From Candidatus Geohabitans tengchongensis (GTDB taxonomy: Bacteria; Sysuimicrobiota; Sysuimicrobiia; Sysuimicrobiales; Humicultoraceae), in assembly GCA_031459625.1 (NCBI GenBank), contig JAVKIH010000010.1:21347-85346 (forward strand): 64,000 nucleotides of DNA. Direction: 5' to 3'. Position 1 is the stretch's first letter. Each line of letters begins with the position of its first letter. The notes under the pieces were generated by a model. It had not been told where the DNA came from. It saw only the letters and a list, made by a program, of their open reading frames with translations, and made no database searches. Shown one piece after another: positions 1 through 9,731 of this stretch. The translations under genes and the position numbers were made by a program.

Positions 1-337
1 GCGCCTCTTCGCCGCGGATGCGGTGGAGGCGCTCCGGCGGCACCGGCACGTGGCGGAGCCAGGCCTCGTAGGCCAGGCGGAAGTTGCTCGCGGGATGGTC
101 GGGCGGGACGGCCCGCTCGTCCCCCCAGAAGATCTCCACGCGGTCGTAGGGGAGCGCTTCGGAGCCGGCGGCGGCGAGCCGGTGGTAGAGTGCGCGCGGG
201 GTGCGGCCGCCGGAGAGGGCCAGCGCGAACCGGCCGCGCGACGCCACCGCCCGGCGGGCCTCCTCCTGGAGGACCTGCAGTGCGGCAGCGGCCACTTCGT
301 CCGCCGTCGGGACGACGCGGATCTCCGGCGCCGCTAT
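1..337 (-). CDS. pgl: 6-phosphogluconolactonase, 5' part (runs off window start)
   Basis: Not in ORF track. Manual translation: (I)AAPEIRVVPT...FALALSGGRTP...IFWGDERAVPPDHPASNF; follows zwf/opcA. Start appears to be ATA at 337. Confidence 0.9.
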   Translation of the reverse strand, partial: MAAPEIRVVPTADEVAAAALQVLQEEARRAVASRGRFALALSGGRTPRALYHRLAAAGSEALPYDRVEIFWGDERAVPPDHPASNFRLAYEAWLRHVPVPPERLHRIRGEEA

Positions 338-1482
338 CCTGTGCTCTCCTCCCCCGACCGGCGGCGCGCCGCGGGTTCGAGGAGCGGGAGGAGGGCGCGC
401 AGCGACTCCTCGTAGACCCGGTCGTGGCCGTGGACGTCGAGCTCGGCCGAGAGCAGCGAGACCTCGTCGGGCGCGTCCAGGGGGACCAGGCGGCGCGAGG
501 TCCACCCGTCCTCCAGCGTGACCGAGGCGAGCAGGGCCCGGCGGTCCTCGGTCCCGGCGATGGAGAAGGTGGCCTGCCCGCCCGCGGCGACGATCAGCGC
601 CAGCAGGAGCGCCCCGGCCGGGAGGCGGGAGGTCGCATCGGGGTGGAGGGCCACGGTGACGGGGTCGCCCTGCGGGTCGGCGAGCACGGCCCGCCAGACC
701 TCCGCCTCCCGCGTGAACGGCTCCCGCACGCGCCACAGCAGGCGACCGGCCAGCCAGCCCACGTAGAGCAGCGCCTGCACCCGCGAGGAGGCGGCGTGGG
801 TGAGGCGCACGCGCTCGATGCGGTCCAGGTAGCCGGTGTGCGGCGGGTCGAAGAAATGCGCCGTCACCCCGCGCCACACCGTCAGCCGCCCCCAGGAGAG
901 GTCGCTCACCGCCACGGGCGCGGGCGGGGCGCTCACCACGCGGGCGACGTCGGCCAGTCCGGCCGCGCCCTCGGGGAAGGCGGCGGAGTCGAGCACGAGC
1001 CGGTCGGCCAGGTCGAGCAGCTCCAGGAGGAGCCCGTCCCAGGTGACCGGCGCCGGCCAGTAGAGGTAGACCGGCATGTCGGGCAGGACCAGGTGGCGCA
1101 CCAGGCTGGTCAGCCGGCCGAGGGCCTGGCGCGGCGCCCGCAGGATGATCTGCTCCGAGACGACCTGCTGGCGCTCCGCGCCCACCGCCGTCCCGTGGGC
1201 GGCCACCGCCGCCTGCAGGTCCGGCGCCCCCGGGTCCACCACCAGGATGATGGCCCGCGCCGGGTGGCGCTGGCTGGTGCGCGCCACCACCTCGATGAGG
1301 CGCTCCCCTTCGGCCAGGCCGGGCGCGAAGGCCACCAGCGTGATGGTGCGCGCCCGCGTGACCGGCCGCCCGAGCTGCTCGGCGGCCGTGCGCAGGAGGT
1401 CGCCCAGCTCCCGCTCGATGGCACCCACGGGCACCGGCCGCGGGCGCTCCACCAGCGGGCGCACGCGCACCGCCGGGCTCAC
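334..1482 (-). CDS. opcA: Glucose-6-phosphate dehydrogenase assembly/allosteric protein OpcA
   Basis: HPARAI, LVLPDMPVYLYW, DRLVLDS, DLSWGRLTVWR motifs; directly after zwf. Confidence 0.9.
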   Translation of the reverse strand: MSPAVRVRPLVERPRPVPVGAIERELGDLLRTAAEQLGRPVTRARTITLVAFAPGLAEGERLIEVVARTSQRHPARAIILVVDPGAPDLQAAVAAHGTAVGAERQQVVSEQIILRAPRQALGRLTSLVRHLVLPDMPVYLYWPAPVTWDGLLLELLDLADRLVLDSAAFPEGAAGLADVARVVSAPPAPVAVSDLSWGRLTVWRGVTAHFFDPPHTGYLDRIERVRLTHAASSRVQALLYVGWLAGRLLWRVREPFTREAEVWRAVLADPQGDPVTVALHPDATSRLPAGALLLALIVAAGGQATFSIAGTEDRRALLASVTLEDGWTSRRLVPLDAPDEVSLLSAELDVHGHDRVYEESLRALLPLLEPAARRRSGEESTG

Positions 1483-1513
1483 CGCCCCGTCCCTCCGCCG
1501 CAGGCGGCCGCGG

Positions 1514-3055
1514 CTACAGGCGCCGCCACCGGCGTCCCTCTCGCTCGATCAGGGCCTTCGCCTCCGGCGGGCCCCACGTCCCGGCCCAGTAGTTGGGGAA
1601 CGCCGCCGGCGTCTGGGACCACACCTCCAGCAGCGGCATGACGATGGCCCAGGCCTGCTCCACCTCATCGCGCCGGGCGAAGAGGGTGCGGTCCCCCACC
1701 ATGGCGTCCAGCAGGAGGCGCTCGTAGGCGGTGGGCTCCTCCACCCCGAAGGAGGTGCCGTAGTTGAAGTCCATGGTCACCGGGCGGATGCGGGTGAGCT
1801 GGCCGGGCACCTTGGCCGAGAAGCGCAGGGCGATGCCCTCGTCGGGCTGGATGTTGAGGGCCAGCACGTTGGGCTCCAGCTCGTCCACGCCCACCCGCCG
1901 GAAGAGGAGCAGGGGCGGCTGCTTGAACTGGATGGCCAGCTCGGTGACACGCTTGGGCAGGCGCTTCCCCGTGCGCAGGTAGAAGGGCACGCCGGCCCAG
2001 CGCCAGTTGTCGATCTCGAAGCGCACCGCCACGAAGGTGGGCGTCTGGGAGTGCGGGTCCACCCCCTCCTCCTCGCGGTAGCCCGGGACCTCCCGGCCGT
2101 CCACCGCGCCCCGCCCGTACTGGCCGCGCACGGCGAAGCTCTCCACCTCCTCGGGGGTGAAGAGGTGGATGGCGTGGAGGACCTTCACCTTCTCGTCCCG
2201 CACCGCGTCCGCCTCCATGGAGATGGGCGGCTCCATGGCCACCAGGGTGAGGAGCTGCATCAGGTGGTTCTGCAGCATGTCGCGGACCACCCCGGCCTCC
2301 TCGTAGAAGGCCCCGCGCCCCTCCACGCCGATGGACTCGGCCACGGTGATCTGCACGTGGTCGACGTACTCGCGCGACCAGATCGGCTCGAAGATGGTGT
2401 TGGCGAAGCGGAAGATCAGGATGTTCTGGACGGTCTCCTTCCCCAGGTAGTGGTCGATGCGGTAGACCTGCGACTCGTCGAAGACCTCGGCCACCTTGGC
2501 GTTGAGGGCGCGGGCGCTGGCCAGGTCGAAGCCGAAGGGCTTCTCGATGATGATGCGCACCCACCCCGGCCCCTCGCCGCGCCGCATCAGGTGGGCGCCC
2601 AGGTGGTCGATCACCATGGGGTAGGTGCTGGGCGGCGAGGCCAGGTAGAAGAGGCGGTTGCCCCCCAGCCCCTGCTGCCGGTCCAGCTCCTCCAGCACGG
2701 TGCGCAGGCGGGCGTAGCCCTGGGGGTCGTCGAAGGCGCTCTGGACGTAGTGCACGTGCTCGGCGAACGCCTCCCAGGGGGCGGGCTCGAAGGGGACCTC
2801 GGTGCTCTCCTCCACGGCCCGACGCAGCTGCTCCCGGAAGGGCTCGGTGCCCACGGGGCGGCGCCCCACGCCGACGACGGCGTAGCCGGCCGGCAGCTGC
2901 CCCTTGCGGGCCAGGTTGTAGAGGGCCGGGATGAGCCGGCGGCGGGCCAGGTCGCCGGTGGCCCCGAAGATCACCACGGCGCAGGGGGGCGGCATCCGCC
3001 GCAGGCGCAGCCCCTCGCGCAGCCGGTCGGGCAGGGTCGTCGTCGCCTTCACCAC
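1514..3055 (-). CDS. zwf: Glucose-6-phosphate 1-dehydrogenase
   Basis: GATGDLA, EKPFG, RIDHYLGKE, RWAGVPFYLRTGK. Confidence 0.97.
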   Translation of the reverse strand: MVKATTTLPDRLREGLRLRRMPPPCAVVIFGATGDLARRRLIPALYNLARKGQLPAGYAVVGVGRRPVGTEPFREQLRRAVEESTEVPFEPAPWEAFAEHVHYVQSAFDDPQGYARLRTVLEELDRQQGLGGNRLFYLASPPSTYPMVIDHLGAHLMRRGEGPGWVRIIIEKPFGFDLASARALNAKVAEVFDESQVYRIDHYLGKETVQNILIFRFANTIFEPIWSREYVDHVQITVAESIGVEGRGAFYEEAGVVRDMLQNHLMQLLTLVAMEPPISMEADAVRDEKVKVLHAIHLFTPEEVESFAVRGQYGRGAVDGREVPGYREEEGVDPHSQTPTFVAVRFEIDNWRWAGVPFYLRTGKRLPKRVTELAIQFKQPPLLLFRRVGVDELEPNVLALNIQPDEGIALRFSAKVPGQLTRIRPVTMDFNYGTSFGVEEPTAYERLLLDAMVGDRTLFARRDEVEQAWAIVMPLLEVWSQTPAAFPNYWAGTWGPPEAKALIEREGRRWRRL

Positions 3056-3073
3056 GGTCGTCCCCCCGTCCCC

Positions 3074-3979
3074 TCAGGCCTGGTGGACGGCGTGGCCGCC
3101 GAACTGCCGGCGCAGCGCCGCCACCACGCGCGCGCTGAAGGAGTCCTCCTGGCGGGAGCGGAAGCGGGCGAAGAGGGCCAGCGCGATGGCCGGTACAGGG
3201 ACGGCGCGCTCCACCGCGTCCTGCACCGTCCAGCGCCCGTAGCCGGTGTCCTCCACGTACCCCCGGATCCCGTCCAGGCCGGGGTCGGCGGCGAAGGCGC
3301 GCTCGGCCAGCTCCATCAGCCAGGACCGCACCACGCTCCCCTGGTTCCACAGGTGGGCGATCTGCCGCAGGTCGAGGGGGAACTCCGAGGCGTGCAGCAA
3401 CTCGAACCCCTCGCCGATCGCCTGCAGCATCCCGTACTCGATGGCGTTGTGCACCATCTTCACGAAGTGCCCCGCCCCCGGCGGGCCGACGTGGGCGTAG
3501 CCGTCGCGCGGCGCCAGCGTCCGCAGCACCGGCTCCAGGCGCTGCACGTCCTCCGGGGCGCCGCCCACCATGAGGCAGTAGCCCAGCTCCCGGCCCCACA
3601 CCCCGCCGCTCACCCCGGCGTCCACGAAGCGCAGCCCCCGGGCGGCCAGCTCCCGGGCCCGGCGCTGGGAGTCCCGGTAGTGGGCGTTGGCGCCGTCCAC
3701 CACCAGGTCGTCGGGCTGGAGCAGGGGGAGGAGGGCGTCGAGCATCTGGGTGGTGGGCGCCCCGGTGGGCAGCATCAGCCAGACCACGCGGGGCGGGGTG
3801 AGGCGCTCCGCCAGCTCCGCCAGCGAGGCCGTGCCCACCGCCCCGTACCGCCGCGCCTCCTCGACCGGTCCGGGGCTGCGGTTGAAGACGACGACCCGGT
3901 GTCCACCCTCCAGGAGGCGGCGGGTCATGTTCATGCCCATCCGCCCCAGCCCCACGAGCCCGAGCTCCATCGGCGCCAT
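3074..3979 (-). CDS. gnd: 6-phosphogluconate dehydrogenase, short type
   Basis: GLGRMG, DAGVSGG, GHFVKMVHNAIEYG, FGGH C-terminus. Confidence 0.95.
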   Translation of the reverse strand: MAPMELGLVGLGRMGMNMTRRLLEGGHRVVVFNRSPGPVEEARRYGAVGTASLAELAERLTPPRVVWLMLPTGAPTTQMLDALLPLLQPDDLVVDGANAHYRDSQRRARELAARGLRFVDAGVSGGVWGRELGYCLMVGGAPEDVQRLEPVLRTLAPRDGYAHVGPPGAGHFVKMVHNAIEYGMLQAIGEGFELLHASEFPLDLRQIAHLWNQGSVVRSWLMELAERAFAADPGLDGIRGYVEDTGYGRWTVQDAVERAVPVPAIALALFARFRSRQEDSFSARVVAALRRQFGGHAVHQA

Positions 3980-3985
3980 GCTCTT

Positions 3986-3991
3986 AGTCTA
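3986..3991 (-). promoter_or_regulatory. Candidate -10 box TAGACT 6 nt before gnd ATG (leaderless)
   Basis: Minus strand TAGACT-aagagc-ATG, no SD. Confidence 0.55.
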
Positions 3992-4218
3992 CTCGGTGCC
4001 CCCCTCCCGTGCTCAGTGGCTGGTCGTCTGGGCGCACCCCGGCCTTCCGTGCCCTGGAGCGCGCGTGTTCCCTCGGACTGCGGGCCCCCGAACCGGATCG
4101 TCGCCAAGGTGACGCACCACGGCCTATTCCTGCTGATCTGGGGGCTCGTGTCAGGTGTGGAAGATGAGGTGGCGCCCTCGGCAATGTTCGATGAAGCGGT
4201 CCGCCGTCCCGGATGGTC

Positions 4219-5280
4219 TTACTCAAAGATGTGGGGTACCTGCAGTTGACGAGACAGTGCACGTAGCTCGGCAAGTAGCGGCGGTGAGAGGGGAATGCCT
4301 TTGGCTCTCCGCTCCTCAGCGATCAGCGCCTCGAGTTCGCCTGGAAGGTAGACCCCTTCGCTCCCCTCCGCCCGAGGGGCGCTCTTGACCTGGGTCACGA
4401 GGGTCTCTAGATCGTCGTAGAAGCGTACTCGGGGGATGAACCGCTCAATGTCGATCGCGATGAGCAAGTGACCCACCCCGCCTTCCCGGCGACGGTGGGC
4501 CGTGGCCTGAAGCCCGAAGGGCGACCCGGTGAGCACTCCCGCCAGGACCTCCGAGATCAGGGCCAGCCCTGCCCCCTTGAAGCCGCCGATGGGAGCGAGG
4601 CTTCGCGTCACCAGGGCTTCCCGGGGGTCGGTCGTTGGCTGGCCGGCGGCGTCCAAGGCCCAGTCCGGCGGAATGGGGCGGCCTTCCAGCGCCGCCAGCC
4701 TGATCTTGCCGAAGGCTGCCGTGCTGAGAGCCATGTCCAGGATGATCGGAGGGTGGGGCGGGCGCCGGGGAATCGCATAGGAGATCGGATTGTTCCCCAG
4801 GACCGGCTGCATTGCCCCGTGAGGCGGGAGGACAGGCTCCGAGGTCGTGGTAACGTAGCCAATCATGACGGCCTGGGCCACGCGATCCGTGTAGAGAGCG
4901 GCCATCCCGAAGTGGTGGCTATTCCGCACCCCCACGGTGCCGATCCCGTACTGGCCCGCGAGTGCCACGCCGAGGTCGGCAGCCATGAGCATCGGCCGGA
5001 AGCCATAGCCCCCGGCCGCATCGATGAGCGCCGTGGCTCCCTCGCGGCGAAGAACCCGCACGTTGGGCCGCGTGTTCACCTCTGCCCGCTGCAGGGCATC
5101 GACGTACTGCCGAAGGCGCATGACGCCGTGGCTGTCGACCCCGCGCAGGTTCGCCTCGACCAGACAGCCGGCGATGACGCTGGCCTCCTCGGGCTCGAGA
5201 TCCACCGCCTGGAGAATGGCCGTGGCCGCCCGGCGCAGCACGTCGGGCGGCACCCGCACCGCGTCCACGGGGGTTCGCAC
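4219..5280 (-). CDS. Ldh_2 family (malate/L-lactate/sulfolactate dehydrogenase-like) oxidoreductase
   Basis: GVDSHG, NSHHFG, GNNPI, GGFKG, YLPGE; GTG at 5280 with GGAGG upstream (track start 5664 overlaps tctA). Confidence 0.9.
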   Translation of the reverse strand: MRTPVDAVRVPPDVLRRAATAILQAVDLEPEEASVIAGCLVEANLRGVDSHGVMRLRQYVDALQRAEVNTRPNVRVLRREGATALIDAAGGYGFRPMLMAADLGVALAGQYGIGTVGVRNSHHFGMAALYTDRVAQAVMIGYVTTTSEPVLPPHGAMQPVLGNNPISYAIPRRPPHPPIILDMALSTAAFGKIRLAALEGRPIPPDWALDAAGQPTTDPREALVTRSLAPIGGFKGAGLALISEVLAGVLTGSPFGLQATAHRRREGGVGHLLIAIDIERFIPRVRFYDDLETLVTQVKSAPRAEGSEGVYLPGELEALIAEERRAKGIPLSPPLLAELRALSRQLQVPHIFE

Positions 5281-5282
5281 GC

Positions 5283-6809
5283 TCAGGTGCCTCCTGCAAC
5301 GGGCAGGGACGTCTTGGGCGGAGACCCCCCGCCCAACCGCGGCAGAAGAGGCAAGCAGGCCACCAGCAGCGTCAGCAGCACCAGGATGAGGCTGAGCGGA
5401 CGCGTGATGAAGATCCCCAGGCTTCCCATGGAGATGACCAATGAGCGCCGGAGCGAGGTCTCCACCATCGGCCCGAGCACGAGGCCGATCACCACGGGAA
5501 CAAGGGGCCAGTCGTAGATGCGCAGGAGGTAGCCCAGCACGCCGAATGCGACCATGGCGACCAGGTCGAACAGGATAGGCGTGTCGGCATAGGTCCCGAC
5601 GATCGTCAGGAGCAGGATGATCGGTGCCAGGATCTGGTACGGCATCCGTAGCAGCCTCACCCAAAGCCCTATTAGGGGAAGGTTGAGCGCGAGGAGGAGG
5701 GCGTTGCCGATGTACATGCTGGCGATCACCCCCCAGACGACCTCCGGGTGGTTCTGCATAAGTAGCGGGCCCGGCTGGAGGCCGGCGTTGATCAGGCCAA
5801 CCATGAGGAGGGCGGCCGTGGCGGAGCCGGGGATGCCCAAGGCGAACATGGGCACCAGGGTGCCGGCCACAGCGGCGTTGTTGCTGGCCTCTGCACTGGC
5901 CACGCCCTCGACGGCGCCTTGACCGAACCGTTGCGGCGTGCGGGACATCCGCTTCTCCAGCCCGTAGGATACGAAGGAAGCTACACCCGCCCCCGCCCCA
6001 GGGAGGATGCCGACGAGAAAGCCGACTGCGGTCCCGCGGAGGATCGCCCAGCGGGCGCGCACCCAGTCGGCGACCCCGGGGAGCAGGTCCTGGAGGCGGA
6101 GGGGCGCCGACACGTACGGGGCCTCTCCGCGATAGAGCTGGGCGTAGCTATACAAGACCTCCCCTACGCCGAAGACGCCCATGAGCACGACGATGAGGTC
6201 GAAGCCATCCAGCAGGGGAATGAGCCCGAAGGTGAACCGCTTCACCCCCGACATTGAATCCAGGCCGACGGTAGAGAGGAGCATCCCGAAGGTGAGCATG
6301 ACGGCGCCCTTGAGCGGCCGGCCGCTCAGGTTGGCCGTCAGTGTGAGGGCCAGCAGCATCAGAGCGAACTGCTCGGGCGGCCCGAACCTCACGGCGAAAT
6401 CGGCAAACGGCTTCGCGGCAAACGTCAGCCCCAGGGTGCTGAGCGTTCCGGCGATGAACGAGGCGAACGCACTCATGCCCAGGGCCACCCCCGCGCGGCC
6501 AGCCCGGGCCATCTGGTGCCCATCCAGCGTGGTCGTGACGCTGGCCACCTCCCCCGGGACGTTCAAGAGGATCGCCGTAGTGGACCCGCCGTACATCGCC
6601 CCGTAGTAGATCGCCGCGAACATGACCATGGCGGTGACCGGATTCAGCCCGTACGTCAGCGGGAGGAGCAAGGCCAGCGCGGCAGGCGGGCCCAATCCCG
6701 GGAGCACGCCGACGGCAGTGCCCAGAACCGAGCCAAGCGCGGCTGCCAGGAGGTTCGGGCCCGTCAGAGCGACGCCAAAACCCTCCCCCAGCAGCCGGAG
6801 CGCCTCCAT
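5283..6809 (-). CDS. tctA: Tripartite tricarboxylate transporter large permease
   Basis: GVLPGLG, YGGSTTAILLNVPGE, EASNNA, LGIPGS. Confidence 0.93.
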   Translation of the reverse strand: MEALRLLGEGFGVALTGPNLLAAALGSVLGTAVGVLPGLGPPAALALLLPLTYGLNPVTAMVMFAAIYYGAMYGGSTTAILLNVPGEVASVTTTLDGHQMARAGRAGVALGMSAFASFIAGTLSTLGLTFAAKPFADFAVRFGPPEQFALMLLALTLTANLSGRPLKGAVMLTFGMLLSTVGLDSMSGVKRFTFGLIPLLDGFDLIVVLMGVFGVGEVLYSYAQLYRGEAPYVSAPLRLQDLLPGVADWVRARWAILRGTAVGFLVGILPGAGAGVASFVSYGLEKRMSRTPQRFGQGAVEGVASAEASNNAAVAGTLVPMFALGIPGSATAALLMVGLINAGLQPGPLLMQNHPEVVWGVIASMYIGNALLLALNLPLIGLWVRLLRMPYQILAPIILLLTIVGTYADTPILFDLVAMVAFGVLGYLLRIYDWPLVPVVIGLVLGPMVETSLRRSLVISMGSLGIFITRPLSLILVLLTLLVACLPLLPRLGGGSPPKTSLPVAGGT

Positions 6810-6812
6810 GCG

Positions 6813-7256
6813 TTATCGGCCTGACAGCGGGCCCGCTGGGAGTGCCACCCCTAGCAATCGTGCAAACACGACCAGGATGGTCAGCACGGCGGCGCACGCG
6901 ACCGCCGCCGCTCGGAGCGGCCGGACGCCGCCAGCCAGAACGAGCAGGGTCATGAGGTAGAGCCAAGCAGTCACCGCAAACCCAAGGCGGTCCAGGACGA
7001 GCACGGCTCCCAGGGACGCCGCTACGGCAATGAGGACGGTCCGGGGGGCGTGTGGCACTCGGACGAGGGGAGGTGTAAGGTCCCGGACGCTCGAGAGGAT
7101 GATGGCCAGCGATCCCACCCCCATCCCCAGGGAGAGCCACAGGGGGAGGAACCCGGGGCCCACGCCAAAGGTTGCCCGATAGCCCAACTGCAGGCTTTGG
7201 GTGAAGAAGACCGCCCCGAGCAGCAGGAAGAAGGCGGCGAGCAGGAGGTTCCCCAC
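6813..7256 (-). CDS. tctB: Tripartite tricarboxylate transporter small permease
   Basis: Hydrophobic 147 aa, GPGFLP and LP-G tail, between tctC and tctA. Confidence 0.85.
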   Translation of the reverse strand: MGNLLLAAFFLLLGAVFFTQSLQLGYRATFGVGPGFLPLWLSLGMGVGSLAIILSSVRDLTPPLVRVPHAPRTVLIAVAASLGAVLVLDRLGFAVTAWLYLMTLLVLAGGVRPLRAAAVACAAVLTILVVFARLLGVALPAGPLSGR

Positions 7257-7260
7257 AGGC

Positions 7261-8268
7261 CTACCGCTGCTGCTGGATCTGCCTCGTGAACTTCAGCAGG
7301 AGCCGGTCGAGCAAGGCCATCTCAGCGCGGGTACGCTCGCTGTCCACCCAGGTGATTCGAAAACCCACACGCTCGGCCGCGTCCTTGAACTCCTGATCCT
7401 CAGCCAGCCCTCGGAGGAGCGTCTCTAGTGTACGAAGGCGGTCGGGGTATGTTTGCCGAATGCGGGCAGAGGTGGCGATGAACCGCCCCGTCGAGATCGA
7501 GGGTACGATGACGTTCTTCAGCCCCATGTTGCGGAGTGCTTCGTTGACCGTTGGGACCCCCGGCATGTGCGGCATGCGGACGTCTGCGAACACCGCGAGG
7601 ACCCGAAACCGGTCAGGGTAGTAGGCCTTTGCCCCGTCCACCGAATAACCGAGGATGTCGAAGTGACCTCCGAGGAAGTCGGCCACAAGCTTGCCTCCGG
7701 AGTCGTAGGCGATCCAACGAGGCGGACGGAGGCCGAGCCGGGCGGCCAATTCTAGCAGGGCCAGCTGTGAGGAATGACCCGGGGTCGCGCCAAACGTGAG
7801 CCGGTTTGGATCCGCCTTCAGGGTGCGGATCAAGTCCTGCAGTGTCTTGATGGGCGACGTGGGCGAGACGGCGAGGACGGCGGGGTCGATGTTCAGAAAG
7901 CCCAGGTAGGCGAACTCATCGACGCGTAGGCCGCCATTGCGGAGCGCCTGCAGCCAGTCCGGCGTGGCCATGATCAGAAGGCTGTGGCCATCGGGCGGTT
8001 GGCCAAGGAGGTGGAGAGCGCCGTTGATGAACCCGCCACCCGGGACGTTGCGCAAGACGACAGGAACTCCGGCGCGGCGCGATAGGTGGGGCTGCATGAT
8101 GTGAGAGAGGCGGTCTACAGAGGATCCGGGACCGGTCGGGATGACGATCGTCAGCGGCTTGTCCGGCCAGGCAGGTTGGGCCTGGGCGCTGTGGGGCAGC
8201 AGCAGGGCGAGGAGGACGATCCCCACAAGGCGGGCCAGGCGCGGCCTTGTCACGGACTGTTCGGACAT
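7261..8268 (-). CDS. tctC: TctC/Bug family periplasmic binding protein
   Basis: Signal peptide, WPDKP, NVPGGG, PPDGHSL, PGVPT. Confidence 0.88.
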   Translation of the reverse strand: MSEQSVTRPRLARLVGIVLLALLLPHSAQAQPAWPDKPLTIVIPTGPGSSVDRLSHIMQPHLSRRAGVPVVLRNVPGGGFINGALHLLGQPPDGHSLLIMATPDWLQALRNGGLRVDEFAYLGFLNIDPAVLAVSPTSPIKTLQDLIRTLKADPNRLTFGATPGHSSQLALLELAARLGLRPPRWIAYDSGGKLVADFLGGHFDILGYSVDGAKAYYPDRFRVLAVFADVRMPHMPGVPTVNEALRNMGLKNVIVPSISTGRFIATSARIRQTYPDRLRTLETLLRGLAEDQEFKDAAERVGFRITWVDSERTRAEMALLDRLLLKFTRQIQQQR

Positions 8269-8284
8269 GGCGGTTCCTCCTCCC

Positions 8285-9085
8285 TCAACTGATCTCGGCC
8301 TTCACTTCCCGCAGGAAGCCTCCGACAGCGACCTGAGCGAGGAAGTTGATACTCTGAACCATGATCATCCGGACGCCTGTATCGTGCAGTTTTTTGATCC
8401 GACGGACTAGCTCATCCATGTCGTAGGCGTAGCTGGTGTTCGCCCCGATCATGATGTGGTGCTCGGCACCGTAGGCCACCGCCCGCTTCACATAGTCCCA
8501 GAGCTTTGGGAGGTACCAATCGGGCTTGCGCCCGCCCGACAGCACCTTGCTCGAGTCCGTCATCGCGAAGAAGAACGCTTTCAGCCCCGGGAGGCGCAAG
8601 GTTTCGTCGAACTCCTCGTAGGCGGTCACGCTCTCGAGGTGGGGGATGATGAATGTGTTCTGCTCCATCTCCGTGGTGCGCGGATCCCACTCTTCGAAGC
8701 TGTCGAAGGGATGGATCCATAGAGCTTTGCGGTGCCAGTCGCCCGCCATGGACAGGCACTCCTCGATCTCGCGCTTCCCCGAGTTCGACACGAGGACGAA
8801 GTTCGCTCCGATCGACAGGAGGCGGAAGACGTCGACGGACACCCGGTGGTCATAGCCGAGCCAGGGGCAGGACTGTACCCGGACAACCGGCGTGACGCCG
8901 GCGGCTTCGGCGGCGGTGATGAGCGCGTGGACCTGGTTGAAGTCGAAGGGGGAGAGGATCTGGTCGATAAACACCCAGTCGAACCCTAAGTGGGCGCACA
9001 AGTCGATCATGTCGGGACTCATTGCAATCGTGCCGATCGAGGTTTTTCCGGTCCTGAAGTTCTCGAGCAGCGGGCTCCTCGCCAT
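8285..9085 (-). CDS. HpcH/HpaI aldolase-citrate lyase family protein, divergent
   Basis: GFDWVFID, GVTPVVRV, PHLES; ATG 9085 with AGGAGG. Confidence 0.7.
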   Translation of the reverse strand: MARSPLLENFRTGKTSIGTIAMSPDMIDLCAHLGFDWVFIDQILSPFDFNQVHALITAAEAAGVTPVVRVQSCPWLGYDHRVSVDVFRLLSIGANFVLVSNSGKREIEECLSMAGDWHRKALWIHPFDSFEEWDPRTTEMEQNTFIIPHLESVTAYEEFDETLRLPGLKAFFFAMTDSSKVLSGGRKPDWYLPKLWDYVKRAVAYGAEHHIMIGANTSYAYDMDELVRRIKKLHDTGVRMIMVQSINFLAQVAVGGFLREVKAEIS

Positions 9086-9133
9086 CTTCCCCCTCCTCCG
9101 GCCGTTATGATGTGCTTGCATCAACACAGCGCT

Positions 9134-9487
9134 TTACCGGGGAAGAGCCGTCTCACTCGACCCTCGAATGGCCAAGAAGATCAGCTCTTCGCGAGACGTG
9201 TTGAGGAACCGGTGGCGGACGTGACCCTGGACGAAGACAAAGTCCCCAGGACCGACCGGGAGTTCCCGGTCTCCCAGGCAGATCCGACCGTGACCACTGA
9301 TCACGTAGTTTGCCTGCGGCCAGGGATGGGAGTGGAGTGCGGATCGACCTCCAACGCCTATCCGGATGCTGCGGATGTCAAAGTGGCCGCCGCTGTGCTG
9401 CAGGCTAATGAGGCGGCGCTCCGCGATCTGCTCCGCGCCGTCCACCACGATCGGCACGTACCCATCCCCCGGTACGCGCAACAGCAT
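9134..9487 (-). CDS. Cupin domain protein
   Basis: LHSHPW...GPGDFVFV...HRFLN. Confidence 0.8.
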   Translation of the reverse strand: MLLRVPGDGYVPIVVDGAEQIAERRLISLQHSGGHFDIRSIRIGVGGRSALHSHPWPQANYVISGHGRICLGDRELPVGPGDFVFVQGHVRHRFLNTSREELIFLAIRGSSETALPR

Positions 9488-9530
9488 CGGACTCTCCCCC
9501 CAGGAACCCTCCAGGCAGCTTACGCGCGCA

Positions 9531-9548
9531 TGATTTTGTATACAATCA
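9531..9548. promoter_or_regulatory. GntR/FadR-type operator TTGTATACAA
   Basis: Perfect 10-bp palindrome 9536-9545 with TGA/TCA flanks, between GntR and the divergent operon. Confidence 0.7.
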
Positions 9549-9731
9549 GGCCTTCTCGCAGGATCTAGCCGCCAAAACCCCCCTTCGAATACCTACAAAA
9601 AAGTCCGGGATTTGTGGGAAATCACGCCCCTGAGTCCCCGCTGCCCGGCCCACCTCGACAAGGAGGGGTTCGCCCAGACTGCATACAATTCCTCCCTGAC
9701 GGGCATACCAGTCCATGGGGGAGGGAGTCCG

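Noticed and set aside
1076..4249. Very long antisense or alternate-frame ORFs (also 43640-47698, 39314-42451, 49599-52691, 28898-31603)
   Set aside because: Shadows of well-supported genes; high GC suppresses stop codons; no family motifs.
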